Below are positions 7,803-17,898 of a stretch of DNA of 64,000 nt, in pieces. Source of the stretch: Promethearchaeota archaeon. GTDB lineage: Archaea; Asgardarchaeota; Lokiarchaeia; Sigyniarchaeales; SOKP01. How positions within the stretch are numbered: position 1 is the stretch's first letter; each line of letters opens with the position of its first letter. A program made the translations under genes and the position numbers. Below the pieces are notes generated by a model. That model was given only the letters and a program-made list of their open reading frames with translations. It ran no database searches and was not told the DNA's origin. The stretch spans positions 1 through 64,000 of the forward strand of contig JAEOSU010000076.1 in assembly GCA_016840165.1 (NCBI GenBank), read 5' to 3'.

Positions 7803-10025
7803 TTATGTTGGTACTGGAAGTGTTATATATGAGGGATAATCTGGACCGACCAAAATTGAATTATTAGCAATAAATCTTTGTAGGTATTGATAGGAATATG
7901 CCCTTGGCGTTTCCCCAGTATTTGGATTCACACCAAATCGGGGATAATTCGAACTGGATATCGCAATCCTCATTTTATGTCCCACGTTGAATTGATATGC
8001 AGTAGCCCATAAATCAATATCTAATTCAACATATTCGACGCTATCTAAAGGATCAGCGGTAGTATTAAATCCATCTCTTCTCATAGCATTGATAATACCG
8101 TCACTTATAAGGATAGAACGTCCATCAGGATAGACATCACTTATTTTCACAGTAAAATCGGTATTAGTACAGTTAGACTTTACATAAAGATGAGCCCACA
8201 TATTCCCTATAATCTCATAAGGTTGAGTAAAAACTGGAGAATCAAAGATTAACACATCGTCTCTACTCTCTAAAGAACTTTGATCATATGGTCCAGATGC
8301 AATTACCAAATTTGTACCACCTAAAGTAGGGACAGGATCTCGTGGATCAAATTGATACGTAAAATTATAACTTTGAATTCCAGGTCCAGTTAAATTTAAC
8401 TCATTATTCGCCATGAAATACCAAGTATCATTTGTATGGAGGATAGGCCAATCCTTTGCATAGCGATAGTCATTAGCATCTACAGAAGCATTATCCACAT
8501 CACCCATCATATAATATGCTACTCGGTTTCCTTCCCAATCAAATGGAATATCTAATAGAGCATAATCAAAAAGTTTCTGCTCCCAGTCTAGATAAAGTTC
8601 ATACCCACTCACAGATTTTGTAGGAAAGAATAATTCACCCTGCTTTCCCTCACCTGGAAAACCATGGGTGAACGGTCCCATAATTAAAAGCTGTTTTCCT
8701 CTTGCAGAGGGTAAACCCCAGTCATCATAGCCTATATAGCCATCTAATGTGCCTTTTTGAAATGTATCATACCATCCACCAATATGAATTCCCGCAACAC
8801 TTACATTTTTAAATGTTGGGCCAATATCCATAAAAAGTGAAGTGGAATTATAAAAAATATCTTTCATAGGGTGAGCAATTAATTGATCAAGCTGATATTC
8901 ATAATTATCAGGTGCGGTCATCATTACCCATTGAGTTGCTGTACTTTCTTTAAATGCACCACCTTGGTAGATCGAAGTTTTATATAGATCAGGAGTTGCG
9001 ATCATAAGTGATTGGGCTAATAATCCTGATGGATTCATACCAGCATAATAATATTGACTAATACCAAGCGCTGATGCTCCAGCAGAGGCAATCTTTCCAT
9101 TACACCAAGGTTGTTTGAGTATCCACTCAATAGTATCAACACCATCTTTATATGCTTCTATAAATAACATATAATGCTCGCCTGCAGGTGAATCAAAAGT
9201 ACCACGACAATCTTGAACTACGAGATGATAATTCTGGGTGGAATATAACATACCATATAGTCCTCCCATTCCTGATTTTCCATAGGTAGTACGTACCAAA
9301 ATCACAGGACGAGGAGCTCCAAACGAACCTGGAGCAAGATATACATCAGTTGCTAATTCAACATCATCTCGCATAGGGACCATAAATGTAATAATATCTG
9401 GCGGGGAGTATACAGTAGTTGTTATTAAAAAAGAGGTGGGAAAAGCTATTAAAATAAATAATAAGATGTATTGTAGAATCTGGGGTAATTTATGGATTCT
9501 ACGGTTAGCATATTTATCGATTAGTTGTTTTAATGAATATTTTGCAGTTTTCAGTCCATATTGGAGAAAAACAATGAGGCTGATTCCGATAGCTCCAATA
9601 GAGTAATAGTCAATATCGATAAAAGTAAACCATAAAATACTTAGTAAAGGTGTGAGGAATGTTATTAGAAACCCTAATATTTTAAAGATTCTTTCTTTCG
9701 ACCTAAAATTCCACTTTTTTATATACGAGCCACTAATCATTAATGAATAAACTGAAATAAATACTGTCAATGGAAAAAACAATATACCGAACAATATCAA
9801 ACTGATTTGTTTGATACTAAAATATGTCATTTCTTTTCTAGAAAGAATAAACGATCCCGTTCTTTCGTTGCTTTCAGCCTTTTTATAATAGTTAAGTAAG
9901 TATATAAGAATATAGATTCCTCTACTTAAGAGAAGGGTTATTAAGTTTGTAGTAAAGATTTGTTCTATTTTTACCAAGCCAAGATTATCAACAAAGTAAA
10001 AAAAAGCAATGATAAAATCAATCAT
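7803..10025 (-). CDS. Membrane-anchored CocE/NonD hydrolase, paralog 2
   Basis: Same architecture as 3677-5920: MRDDVELATDVY, GASALG, GWYD, GPFTH. Confidence 0.9.
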   Translation of the reverse strand: MIDFIIAFFYFVDNLGLVKIEQIFTTNLITLLLSRGIYILIYLLNYYKKAESNERTGSFILSRKEMTYFSIKQISLILFGILFFPLTVFISVYSLMISGSYIKKWNFRSKERIFKILGFLITFLTPLLSILWFTFIDIDYYSIGAIGISLIVFLQYGLKTAKYSLKQLIDKYANRRIHKLPQILQYILLFILIAFPTSFLITTTVYSPPDIITFMVPMRDDVELATDVYLAPGSFGAPRPVILVRTTYGKSGMGGLYGMLYSTQNYHLVVQDCRGTFDSPAGEHYMLFIEAYKDGVDTIEWILKQPWCNGKIASAGASALGISQYYYAGMNPSGLLAQSLMIATPDLYKTSIYQGGAFKESTATQWVMMTAPDNYEYQLDQLIAHPMKDIFYNSTSLFMDIGPTFKNVSVAGIHIGGWYDTFQKGTLDGYIGYDDWGLPSARGKQLLIMGPFTHGFPGEGKQGELFFPTKSVSGYELYLDWEQKLFDYALLDIPFDWEGNRVAYYMMGDVDNASVDANDYRYAKDWPILHTNDTWYFMANNELNLTGPGIQSYNFTYQFDPRDPVPTLGGTNLVIASGPYDQSSLESRDDVLIFDSPVFTQPYEIIGNMWAHLYVKSNCTNTDFTVKISDVYPDGRSILISDGIINAMRRDGFNTTADPLDSVEYVELDIDLWATAYQFNVGHKMRIAISSSNYPRFGVNPNTGETPRAYSYQYLQRFIANNSILVGPDYPSYITLPVPT

Positions 10026-10208
10026 AAATAATTATTGAGCATTATTCATTAATAAACATTACATCCTAAGTTAAGGAATCTATATTTTTATATAAGAAAA
10101 GTGCTCTTGGTGTAGGGTTTGGGCGCTTTTATAATGCTTCTGTATTAATAAAATATTTATGGTTTAAAATGTTATACTAATAAAGAAGTTTGATTTTAAA
10201 TCTATATA

Positions 10209-10889
10209 ATGTCAATTTTAAAGTACCAAATTTTCGGAAGGGATACTGTCGGGGTTTACTTAGAAGTTAATAATCTTTATGGGTTATATCCACCAACTTT
10301 ATTGAAAAGTACTTTAAAAGAATTTAAGAAAGTATTTAGTGAACCGCTCTTTCCTCTCTCGATAAATAATTCTCCTCTTATAGGGGTTTATCTTAGTAGC
10401 AATAAGAATGGAATAATAGTACCACATATCGTAAGAGATGATGAGTTAGAAAAGCTTAAATCCTATTTGAAAACAATAGACGAATCAATTAACATCGGTA
10501 TATTAAATTCAATTGATAATGCTTATGGGAATCTAATTTTATGTAACGATAAGGGAGCAATTATTAGTTCTTTTTTAAAGGATTATCGAAATAAAATTGA
10601 AGATATATTAAATGTTGAAACTATAGTATATGAATTTGCGGATCTTAATCTCCCTGGTTCTATTTCATTGGCGAACAACAAAGGATGTGTAGTACATCCT
10701 CTCAGTACGGATGATGATGTAGAGTATATTGGCTCAATCTTAAAGGTAAATGAAATTGATGTGTCTACCGTAAATAGAGGAATCCCGTATATATCCTCTG
10801 GAGCAGTTGCGAATGATAAAAGTGGAATATTTGGTTTAGCCTGTACGGGACCTGAAATGATGCGTTTAACTAATGTTTTAGGATTATAA
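10209..10889 (+). CDS. eif6: Translation initiation factor aIF6/eIF6
   Basis: GNLILCNDKG, ANNKGCVVHP and STVNRG pentein repeats; synteny. Confidence 0.95.
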   Translation: MSILKYQIFGRDTVGVYLEVNNLYGLYPPTLLKSTLKEFKKVFSEPLFPLSINNSPLIGVYLSSNKNGIIVPHIVRDDELEKLKSYLKTIDESINIGILNSIDNAYGNLILCNDKGAIISSFLKDYRNKIEDILNVETIVYEFADLNLPGSISLANNKGCVVHPLSTDDDVEYIGSILKVNEIDVSTVNRGIPYISSGAVANDKSGIFGLACTGPEMMRLTNVLGL

Positions 10890-10999
10890 GTATATTTATC
10901 TTACAAATGGTTAATTTTTTTTAGAAAAAAAGGAAAAATTTAATATTTTTATATAAATTATCTATTTTAATTTCATTGAGACTAAACACTTGATCTTTT

Positions 11000-11227
11000 A
11001 TGTCAGAGATAAAAATTTTTCGAATTATTGGCACATATACAAAGCAGTATAAAAAATATCTATTTCGAAAGGAAGTTCGAGCTTTAAAAGAGGAGGACGC
11101 TTTAGAGAAAGCTATAAGCCAAATAACCTCTATAGGAATATACCGAAGACAAATTAAAATCAAAGAGATTAAAGAGATCTCACCAGAAGAGTGCCAAGAT
11201 TATCTTATTCGTGAGTTATCTCAATAA
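11000..11227 (+). CDS. rpl18a: 50S ribosomal protein eL20 (L18a/LX)
   Basis: FRKEVRALKEEDALEK...RRQIKIKEIKEI; lies between eif6 and pfdA. Confidence 0.9.
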   Translation: MSEIKIFRIIGTYTKQYKKYLFRKEVRALKEEDALEKAISQITSIGIYRRQIKIKEIKEISPEECQDYLIRELSQ

Positions 11228-11257
11228 TTTATTAAAAATTGTTTTAGGAAATATATC

Positions 11258-11680
11258 ATGGAAAATTCTCAAAATTTTGAAAGACAATTATATCAATTTA
11301 GATATCTAAAAGAACAACGCGATATGCTTCAAGGTCAATTAGAAATCGTAAATGCATCATTAAGCAATTTAATAACTACTAGGAATACCTTGGAAAATTT
11401 GAAAGATGGTGTAACCAAGGACGATGAAATTTTAGTGCCTATAGGCGGTTTAGTGAATATTAAAGCATCTATAAAGGATACTGAGAGAGTATTGCTTTTT
11501 ATAAATCAGGATACGGTAATTGAAAAGAATGTAGCAGAATCGATCGAATTTATTGATAAATTGATGTCCCAACATAATGAACAAATAAAATTTTTAACAG
11601 AAAGAATTCAACTTATCGAATTAAATTTACAAGGGATGTCTCAAGAACTCCAAAACAGAATGGATCAAAGGAAGACTTAA
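11258..11680 (+). CDS. pfdA: Prefoldin alpha subunit
   Basis: Coiled coils around the EILVPIGG beta-hairpins; synteny. Confidence 0.93.
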   Translation: MENSQNFERQLYQFRYLKEQRDMLQGQLEIVNASLSNLITTRNTLENLKDGVTKDDEILVPIGGLVNIKASIKDTERVLLFINQDTVIEKNVAESIEFIDKLMSQHNEQIKFLTERIQLIELNLQGMSQELQNRMDQRKT

Positions 11681-12585
11681 TGCTTGAAAAATTAAAATCT
11701 ACTTTCTCAACTTTCGTCAAAAAAACTCTTTCAGAAGAGAATATGGAAAAAACTTTAGCTAACTTAAATTTATTACTTATCAGCAATGATGTCGCAACAG
11801 AAACAGCTGATCACATAACGTCAAAAATTAGAGAATCTCTCAAAAATGAGCAGATTGGCTTATTATCTTCAAAAAAAAAATATTTATTTGATATTTTAAA
11901 AGCTGTGATTACCGAGATTTTAACACCTGAAAGAGAAATTGATTTAATTGAAGAGATTAAGAAAAAAAATCAACAAGGACTTCCCTATGTTATGGTATTT
12001 CTGGGTGTAAATGGAACAGGGAAAACAACAACTATCGCAAAATTAGCATACTTTTTAAAAAAGCATAAAATTTCCTCAGTGGCTTCTGCATCAGACACAT
12101 TCCGAGCCGCTGCAATTGAACAACTTAGTTATCATATGAATAATGTAGGTATAAGAGTTATAAAGCATGAATACAAGTCAGATCCAGCAAGCGTAGCCTA
12201 TGATGCCATAAATCATGCATCTGCAAAAAATATCAACGTAGTTTTAGTAGATACTGCGGGTAGACAAGTAAGTAATAAAAACCTAATGATTGAGATGCAG
12301 AAAATTGTTAGAGTTTCAAACCCAGATTTAGTAATATTTGTTGGAGATAGCTTAGCAGGTAATGACGCATTAAACCAAGCAAAAGAATTTCATCGCAATG
12401 TTGGAATAGATGCTAATATTTTAACTAAATTAGATGCTGATAGTAAAGGAGGATCAGCTTTATCCATATCTTATGAGACAAAAAAACCCATTATTTTTGT
12501 AGGAACGGGGCAAACTTATGATGACCTTAAACCATTTAATCGTGAATTCTTCATTTCAAATATATTAGGTACCAATGATAGGTAA
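11680..12585 (+). CDS. ftsY: SRP receptor FtsY
   Basis: GVNGTGKTTT, DTFRAAA, DTAGR and TKLD motifs. Confidence 0.96.
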   Translation: MLEKLKSTFSTFVKKTLSEENMEKTLANLNLLLISNDVATETADHITSKIRESLKNEQIGLLSSKKKYLFDILKAVITEILTPEREIDLIEEIKKKNQQGLPYVMVFLGVNGTGKTTTIAKLAYFLKKHKISSVASASDTFRAAAIEQLSYHMNNVGIRVIKHEYKSDPASVAYDAINHASAKNINVVLVDTAGRQVSNKNLMIEMQKIVRVSNPDLVIFVGDSLAGNDALNQAKEFHRNVGIDANILTKLDADSKGGSALSISYETKKPIIFVGTGQTYDDLKPFNREFFISNILGTNDR

Positions 12586-12638
12586 TGAATCTAATTTAGA
12601 ACAGTTAAATTTTTTAAATATATATATTTAATTTATTT

Positions 12639-12896
12639 GTGTCTAATTCATACCCTAAATATGAAAAATATTCAACCTACGATAAAAAGAAAAAATTATC
12701 GTTATATGAGAGAATAGGAGTCTTTTTTCAGAATACTAAAAGAATCATCAAAATAGCGAACAAACCATCGAGAAAAGATTATTTTACTATTTTTAAGATC
12801 TGCATTATCGGTTTAGCCCTATTAGGCGGAGTATCGTACGTTATTCAGCTTATATTTACAATAGTTAATAATGCTCTGAATATTGGATTTGGATAA
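12639..12896 (+). CDS. secE: Translocase subunit SecE/Sec61-gamma
   Basis: RIIKIANKPSRKDY followed by a single C-terminal TM helix. Confidence 0.9.
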   Translation: MSNSYPKYEKYSTYDKKKKLSLYERIGVFFQNTKRIIKIANKPSRKDYFTIFKICIIGLALLGGVSYVIQLIFTIVNNALNIGFG

Positions 12897-12956
12897 GGGC
12901 TTATAAATATCTATTATATCAAAAACTTTTTAATTCCCTTTTTATAGAATTATTGT

Positions 12957-13376
12957 ATGAAAATCACATTAGATTATCAAGGAAATCAACAATTCAAAGC
13001 TAATGCGAGACATTTTAAAGGGATTATTATCGATGAACCTGAGGCATTCCATGGGGATAATCAAGGGCCAAGTCCAATAGAATATTTTTTAATTGGAACA
13101 GGCAGTTGTATAGCTTCTTCGCTCATTTTTTGTCTAAATAAAAATAACGCTAATTTTTATGATTTTGAAGTCGTCATAGATGGAATATTAAAACATAAGG
13201 GGCCTAAAATGCTCTTAAAATTAGTAAAGATTATAGTCACAATAAAATTTCGAATTAAAGATGAAGAATCAAAAGAAAAAGTTGTTGAGAAATGTAAATC
13301 TATTTTTCAAGCCCATTGCCCATTATCTGATTCTATTATAAATGGCATTCCTATTGAATTAAAAATTAATGAATAA
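12957..13376 (+). CDS. OsmC/Ohr-like protein
   Basis: DEP...GPSPIE...GSC and distal HCP. Confidence 0.88.
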   Translation: MKITLDYQGNQQFKANARHFKGIIIDEPEAFHGDNQGPSPIEYFLIGTGSCIASSLIFCLNKNNANFYDFEVVIDGILKHKGPKMLLKLVKIIVTIKFRIKDEESKEKVVEKCKSIFQAHCPLSDSIINGIPIELKINE

Positions 13377-13410
13377 AAAAAAAGAGTCATTTGAATTTTT
13401 AAATATGTGA

Positions 13411-14653
13411 TTAAAAGGAATATACAAATATCTGATTAGGAATTTTTAAATCCTCTTCCTTATTTTTGCATGCAATAAATTTAATTTTCATATCCAAAGC
13501 GAGGGAGATTAATCTATTGGTTAATATTCCATGAATAATGAGATATTGGATATCCTTAAATTCAGACAGATTATCATATAATTCTCCAACGGGAAGATTT
13601 AATAGTATTTCGGAATTTTTATTAAATCCTATACAGTGTCCTGGCTCTATTTCTTTAAGACTTTTAACTATAGGTTCTTGATTTTTTATTTTTAGTTTTT
13701 TTAAAGATTTTTCTAAGAATGTATCCACTTTTTTATCAGGCTTCTTTTCTTCTTCTATATAGGATTCTTCACTATAACTTTCTGCAGGCTTCTTATTCTG
13801 TAATGCCTTTATCAACTGCTTTCTTGTCAACTCTTCTACTTCATAACCTTCAGGAGCTCTAGCGATGAAATCAAGTTTAGTTAATTGCTTTAATTCATTT
13901 AAAATAATAGTTCCACCCCTATCACCATCAAGAAATGCGATTACTGTGGATTTTTTTTCTGCTAAATCAATAACAGATTTAGGAACTTGTGTTCCTTGTA
14001 CAGCGATAGAGTTTTTAATTCCAATTCGTAATAGATTTAACACATCAGCCCTTCCTTCTACGATAATTAGTTCAGGATTAGAATCAACCTCTGGACCAGC
14101 AGGTAACCCATCAGAACCCCATGAGATAATTTCTCCTAATTTAATATCTGTTTCTATTCTTTCTTCGATTTCACTGGGTTCTAACGATTTTTGATCCCAT
14201 TCTTTTAATAATTCAGCGGCTCTCTCTATTATCTTCTTACGTTTTGTTTCTCTAACGTCTTTAATCCCAAGCAGTTTGATTTCTGCCTCACAGGGACCGA
14301 CCCTAGTAACAGTTTCGACTGTTGCAGCAAGAAGAGCTGTTTCTTTTCGTGTTAGGCTACTTGGTATACTAATGAATCCCTCAGAAATTCCTTCTTTGGA
14401 TTCATTCTCAACCTCTATTCTTCCTATACGCCCCGATTTTTGTAAATCTCTTAAATCGAGATCTAATAGAAGACCTTCAGTTTAGCCGATTATGCCGATT
14501 AGGCCTTTAAGTATTTTATAATCTCTGGCCAAAAATAGCCCCAACGATATCGCTCTTCTCAACCACACCCTTAATTTTAAATTTAGTTTCAATTATATAT
14601 TTAGTTGTAAAATCAGTTTGATTATTTGTAATCTTGATCACTTCCAAATTCAT
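13411..14653 (-). CDS. dnaG: Archaeal DnaG (exosome-associated Toprim protein), two exons: 14653-14525 and 14481-13411, about 399 aa after splicing
   Basis: Exon 1 reads ...TTKYIIETKFKIKGVVEKSDIVGAIFGQ. Exon 2 reads TEGLLLDLDLRDLQKSGRIGRIEV...VEGRADV...FLDGDRGG and is open to 13411. The ORF track shows only 13411-14043. Exact start is uncertain (ATG 14653, GTG 14641 or ATT 14632). Confidence 0.93.
14482..14524 (-). other. 43-nt BHB-type mRNA intron in dnaG
   Basis: Minus strand reads GGCC-AG^A-GATTAT...ATAATC-GGCT-AA^A-CTG: a 4-bp central helix GGCC/GGCT, two 3-nt purine bulges and a 6-bp intron stem. Splicing gives TTT GGC CAG ACT GAA GGT (FGQTEG). Confidence 0.9.
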
Positions 14654-15206
14654 ATTTTTCTAATAATTTAATAAATTTAACAAGAATGATATTATAATTT
14701 GATTTAAGTTGATTAGATCTTTTTATGGTAAATTCGAATTAAATGAATCATCTTTTTATGTTTATATGTTAAAATCATCTTTTAGAGATGATTGAGTATA
14801 TGAAATATTTCATTCCATTTATTTTTTAGTAATCTCTAAAAATCGCGAAAATAAAGATAAAAATATATATTATCCCCATGAGATTTCTTTTTTTAAATCC
14901 CGCATTGATATAATCGATGATGAGTCTTTATTGGAATAATAAATTACTGAAAAAAATTTTTAATAATCAGAATAAAACAAAAATTAAATACCGGATAATA
15001 ACAGATCTCGGAAGATTTTACTTTTATTTTGAAAAAGACCCTTCCATTAAGAACGGAAACTTTTCTGGTAAATTATTGTTCTTTCCAAAAAAAAGCACTA
15101 ATTTTGATGATTAAATTGTAATTTAATTATTTCTATTTGTAAAGATATTTTATTATTGGATAATTTGTTTATTTTACTAGAATATTTTATTTTTAACTGT
15201 ACAATT

Positions 15207-16238
15207 ATGATTGAGTCAATCATTGTATTCGGTGGAAAAGGTGGTGTCGGTAAGTCTTCCATTAGCGCTGCGACTGCTGTTAAGTTAGCGAATGATCTTC
15301 CTAATAAAAAAGTATTGTTGATCTCATTTGATATTGCTCATAATATAAGTGATTTGTTTTCCATGGATGTAGGAAATAAGATAACACCATTAACAAGTAA
15401 TTTATGGGCAATTGAACCCGATCCTAATGTCTATGCCGAGGAATATACAAAGGAATTAATAGAAAAAATGAAAATCTTAATGAAGCAAATGCCAATAGTA
15501 GGTATGATCCCCCAAATCGAAAAATTCATAGATACCACCTTTACAGCAGAAAGTATTCCATTAGCTTTAAAGAATGCAATGTTCTTTCAAAAAATTTTAG
15601 ATGCAGAAGATATTAACAGTCAAGATATTCAGTTTGACATAATAGTGGCAGATTTTCCTCCAACGGGTAATATGGTGGCATTATTTGAAATTCCAGAGGA
15701 TCAAGTGAAGGTAGTTTTAAAATATTCCTTGAATTTCTATAATTCTGTTAAGGGTGCCATTCGGAATTTTTCTAAAGTTTTTAGGCAATTTATTAAACCA
15801 TTTGATGATTATGAAAAAAGAAAAGAATTAGGCAGAGAAATATTCAATATGATTGTAGAACTTGAGAAACGTGGAGAAAGAATCACTGAGCTTATTCATA
15901 ATGTCGGATCACTCCGATTGGTATCAATTGCAGAAAAACCAAGTTTCGAGGAAATCAAAAGAGCCAGAGATTTGACAGAGAGATATATTACTCTTGATGC
16001 AGTTCACATTAACATGCTAATTCCTAAAAAATATGCTAAGAAATGTAAATTCTGCGCCCAAGTTTCTTCAATCCAACAGAAATATCTAATTGATATTAAA
16101 AATGAATTTCAAGGATTTAAAGTTTGGGAATCTAACAGGTTAGAGCAAGAACCTATTGGTTTTAAAGGATTGGCGAATTTGGCAACAGAAATCTACGAAA
16201 ATACCAAGGTTTCAGAAATTTTACGTCCAAATCCATAG
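15207..16238 (+). CDS. ArsA/Get3 (TRC40)-family ATPase
   Basis: GGKGGVGKSS P-loop, DIAHNISD switch I, DFPPTG switch II and C-terminal CKFC. Start set at MIES. Confidence 0.88.
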   Translation: MIESIIVFGGKGGVGKSSISAATAVKLANDLPNKKVLLISFDIAHNISDLFSMDVGNKITPLTSNLWAIEPDPNVYAEEYTKELIEKMKILMKQMPIVGMIPQIEKFIDTTFTAESIPLALKNAMFFQKILDAEDINSQDIQFDIIVADFPPTGNMVALFEIPEDQVKVVLKYSLNFYNSVKGAIRNFSKVFRQFIKPFDDYEKRKELGREIFNMIVELEKRGERITELIHNVGSLRLVSIAEKPSFEEIKRARDLTERYITLDAVHINMLIPKKYAKKCKFCAQVSSIQQKYLIDIKNEFQGFKVWESNRLEQEPIGFKGLANLATEIYENTKVSEILRPNP

Positions 16239-16325
16239 TAAATTCATATTTTGACTTAATCCCTCGAAATTAATATTTTTTAATTCTTTTTCTTTATCTC
16301 ATTTAATTAGTAATAATTTTAATAA

Positions 16326-17396
16326 GTGAAAATAATGCTGAATAACAATTCTCTTATAGAATTAGCAAAAATAAAACCAGATGTTAAAAGAAAAAGAATC
16401 TCTAGTTATGATAAAACTGGAGCTAATAATGATTTTGTTATATTAAAGGCAAATTCTAAATATGAAATCTGCGATATTAAAAGTGCGGGTTGTATCAAGC
16501 ATATTTGGATGACACCAACATCATTAGAGCCTTACTATTTAAGAAAAGTTTTAATGCGAATGTGGTGGGATGATGAAAAAGATCCTTCGGTTGAAGTTCC
16601 ACTCGGGGATTTTTTTGGAGTAGGACATGGAAAAACAGTAAATTTTTCGAGCACACCTCTTTCAATGGGACCTGAAGAAGGTAAGAGTTTTAATTGTTTT
16701 TTCCCTATGCCTTTCTCTAAAAGAGCTAAAATTGAAATTGAAAGCGAATCCGACCGTGGAATGGGGTGTTATTTTTATATTGACTATGAGGAATATCCCG
16801 AATTAAACGATGGATATGGAAGATTTCATGCAACTTGGAATAGAGAAAATCCTTGTAAAGGTAATAATTATAATCTAGGAAGGAAAGTAGAATTAATTAT
16901 GAAAAAAAATAAATCTCATGAAGCAGATTATCTTATACTTGAAGCGGAAGGAGAAGGACATTACGTTGGATGTCACTTAGATATTCATAACCTATTAACC
17001 TCCGAGCATGTGCATAGAAAGGATAGTTATTGGCCTGGTGAAGGAGATGATTATATAGAAATTGACGATGGAGAAACAATATTATACGGAACTGGTACAG
17101 AGGATTATTTCTGTGGGGCTCATTGTCCAACGCAATTTTTTTGTTCCCCCAATTTTGGAATTACTTTACCGGGAGGAAAGAATTGGAGTGGAAAAATATC
17201 TTATTATAGGTATCATATAGAAGATCCTATTTATTTTCATAAAAATATCAAAGTAAAGATAGAACATGGTCATGCAAATCAGCGTTCTGATGATTGGTCT
17301 TCAACGGCTTATTGGTATCAGATTGAACCTCATAAAACTTTTAAACCAATTCTTCCAGTTAGCAAGAGATTGCCAAGAGAAGATCATAGTGAATAA
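16326..17396 (+). CDS. DUF2961 / glycoside hydrolase family 172 protein
   Basis: RISSYDKTGANND, VEVPLGDFFG, GEGDD, GTGTEDYF and IEHGHAN. Confidence 0.88.
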   Translation: MKIMLNNNSLIELAKIKPDVKRKRISSYDKTGANNDFVILKANSKYEICDIKSAGCIKHIWMTPTSLEPYYLRKVLMRMWWDDEKDPSVEVPLGDFFGVGHGKTVNFSSTPLSMGPEEGKSFNCFFPMPFSKRAKIEIESESDRGMGCYFYIDYEEYPELNDGYGRFHATWNRENPCKGNNYNLGRKVELIMKKNKSHEADYLILEAEGEGHYVGCHLDIHNLLTSEHVHRKDSYWPGEGDDYIEIDDGETILYGTGTEDYFCGAHCPTQFFCSPNFGITLPGGKNWSGKISYYRYHIEDPIYFHKNIKVKIEHGHANQRSDDWSSTAYWYQIEPHKTFKPILPVSKRLPREDHSE

Positions 17397-17529
17397 GAAG
17401 AATTTACTTTTTTGGAAAAAAATTAATAATTAGCAATAAAAATCCATGAATAAAATTATTATCTGACAAACTGCGTTATTATGATTTTTAACCTAAAGGT
17501 TTTTTAAGAAAATTTACATTCATAACATT

Positions 17530-17898
17530 ATGACGTTAGCAAAAAAAGATGCTCCTAAGAGCTTTATTCCAACTTTTATGATATGGATTGCTCTTTGTAA
17601 TATTGTGGCTATAATTTTGGCAGTCTTATGGTATATTTATTTCCCTGAGAGCTTTTTCTTTAATGCGATGATCTCAATGATAATCATAATTGCGATAAAT
17701 GTTCTTAGCATCATATTGTTATATCCAGTGCCAATTAGGGATCCTATAAGACCATTTTTAAAAAGCGCAATAATTTGGTATATCGTGATTTCAATAATAT
17801 ATATTATTTTAGGTGGTTTCATCGCACTAATCCCTGGAACTATACAATTATTTGGAGATCTTTGGTTTCATTGGAAGCTGAATAAGTTGACAGGATGA
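17530..17898 (+). CDS. Small integral membrane protein
   Basis: Three to four hydrophobic segments; TATA-like element upstream. Confidence 0.7.
   Translation: MTLAKKDAPKSFIPTFMIWIALCNIVAIILAVLWYIYFPESFFFNAMISMIIIIAINVLSIILLYPVPIRDPIRPFLKSAIIWYIVISIIYIILGGFIALIPGTIQLFGDLWFHWKLNKLTG

Noticed and set aside
13411-14043. ORF-track 210-aa protein as the whole gene, or dnaG as a pseudogene
   Set aside because: The frame is open to 14481, the N-terminal exon is intact, and the only lesion is a precisely removable BHB intron.
14917-15114. 65-aa ORF between dnaG and the ArsA/Get3 gene
   Set aside because: Low-complexity AT-rich translation with no motif; probably spurious.
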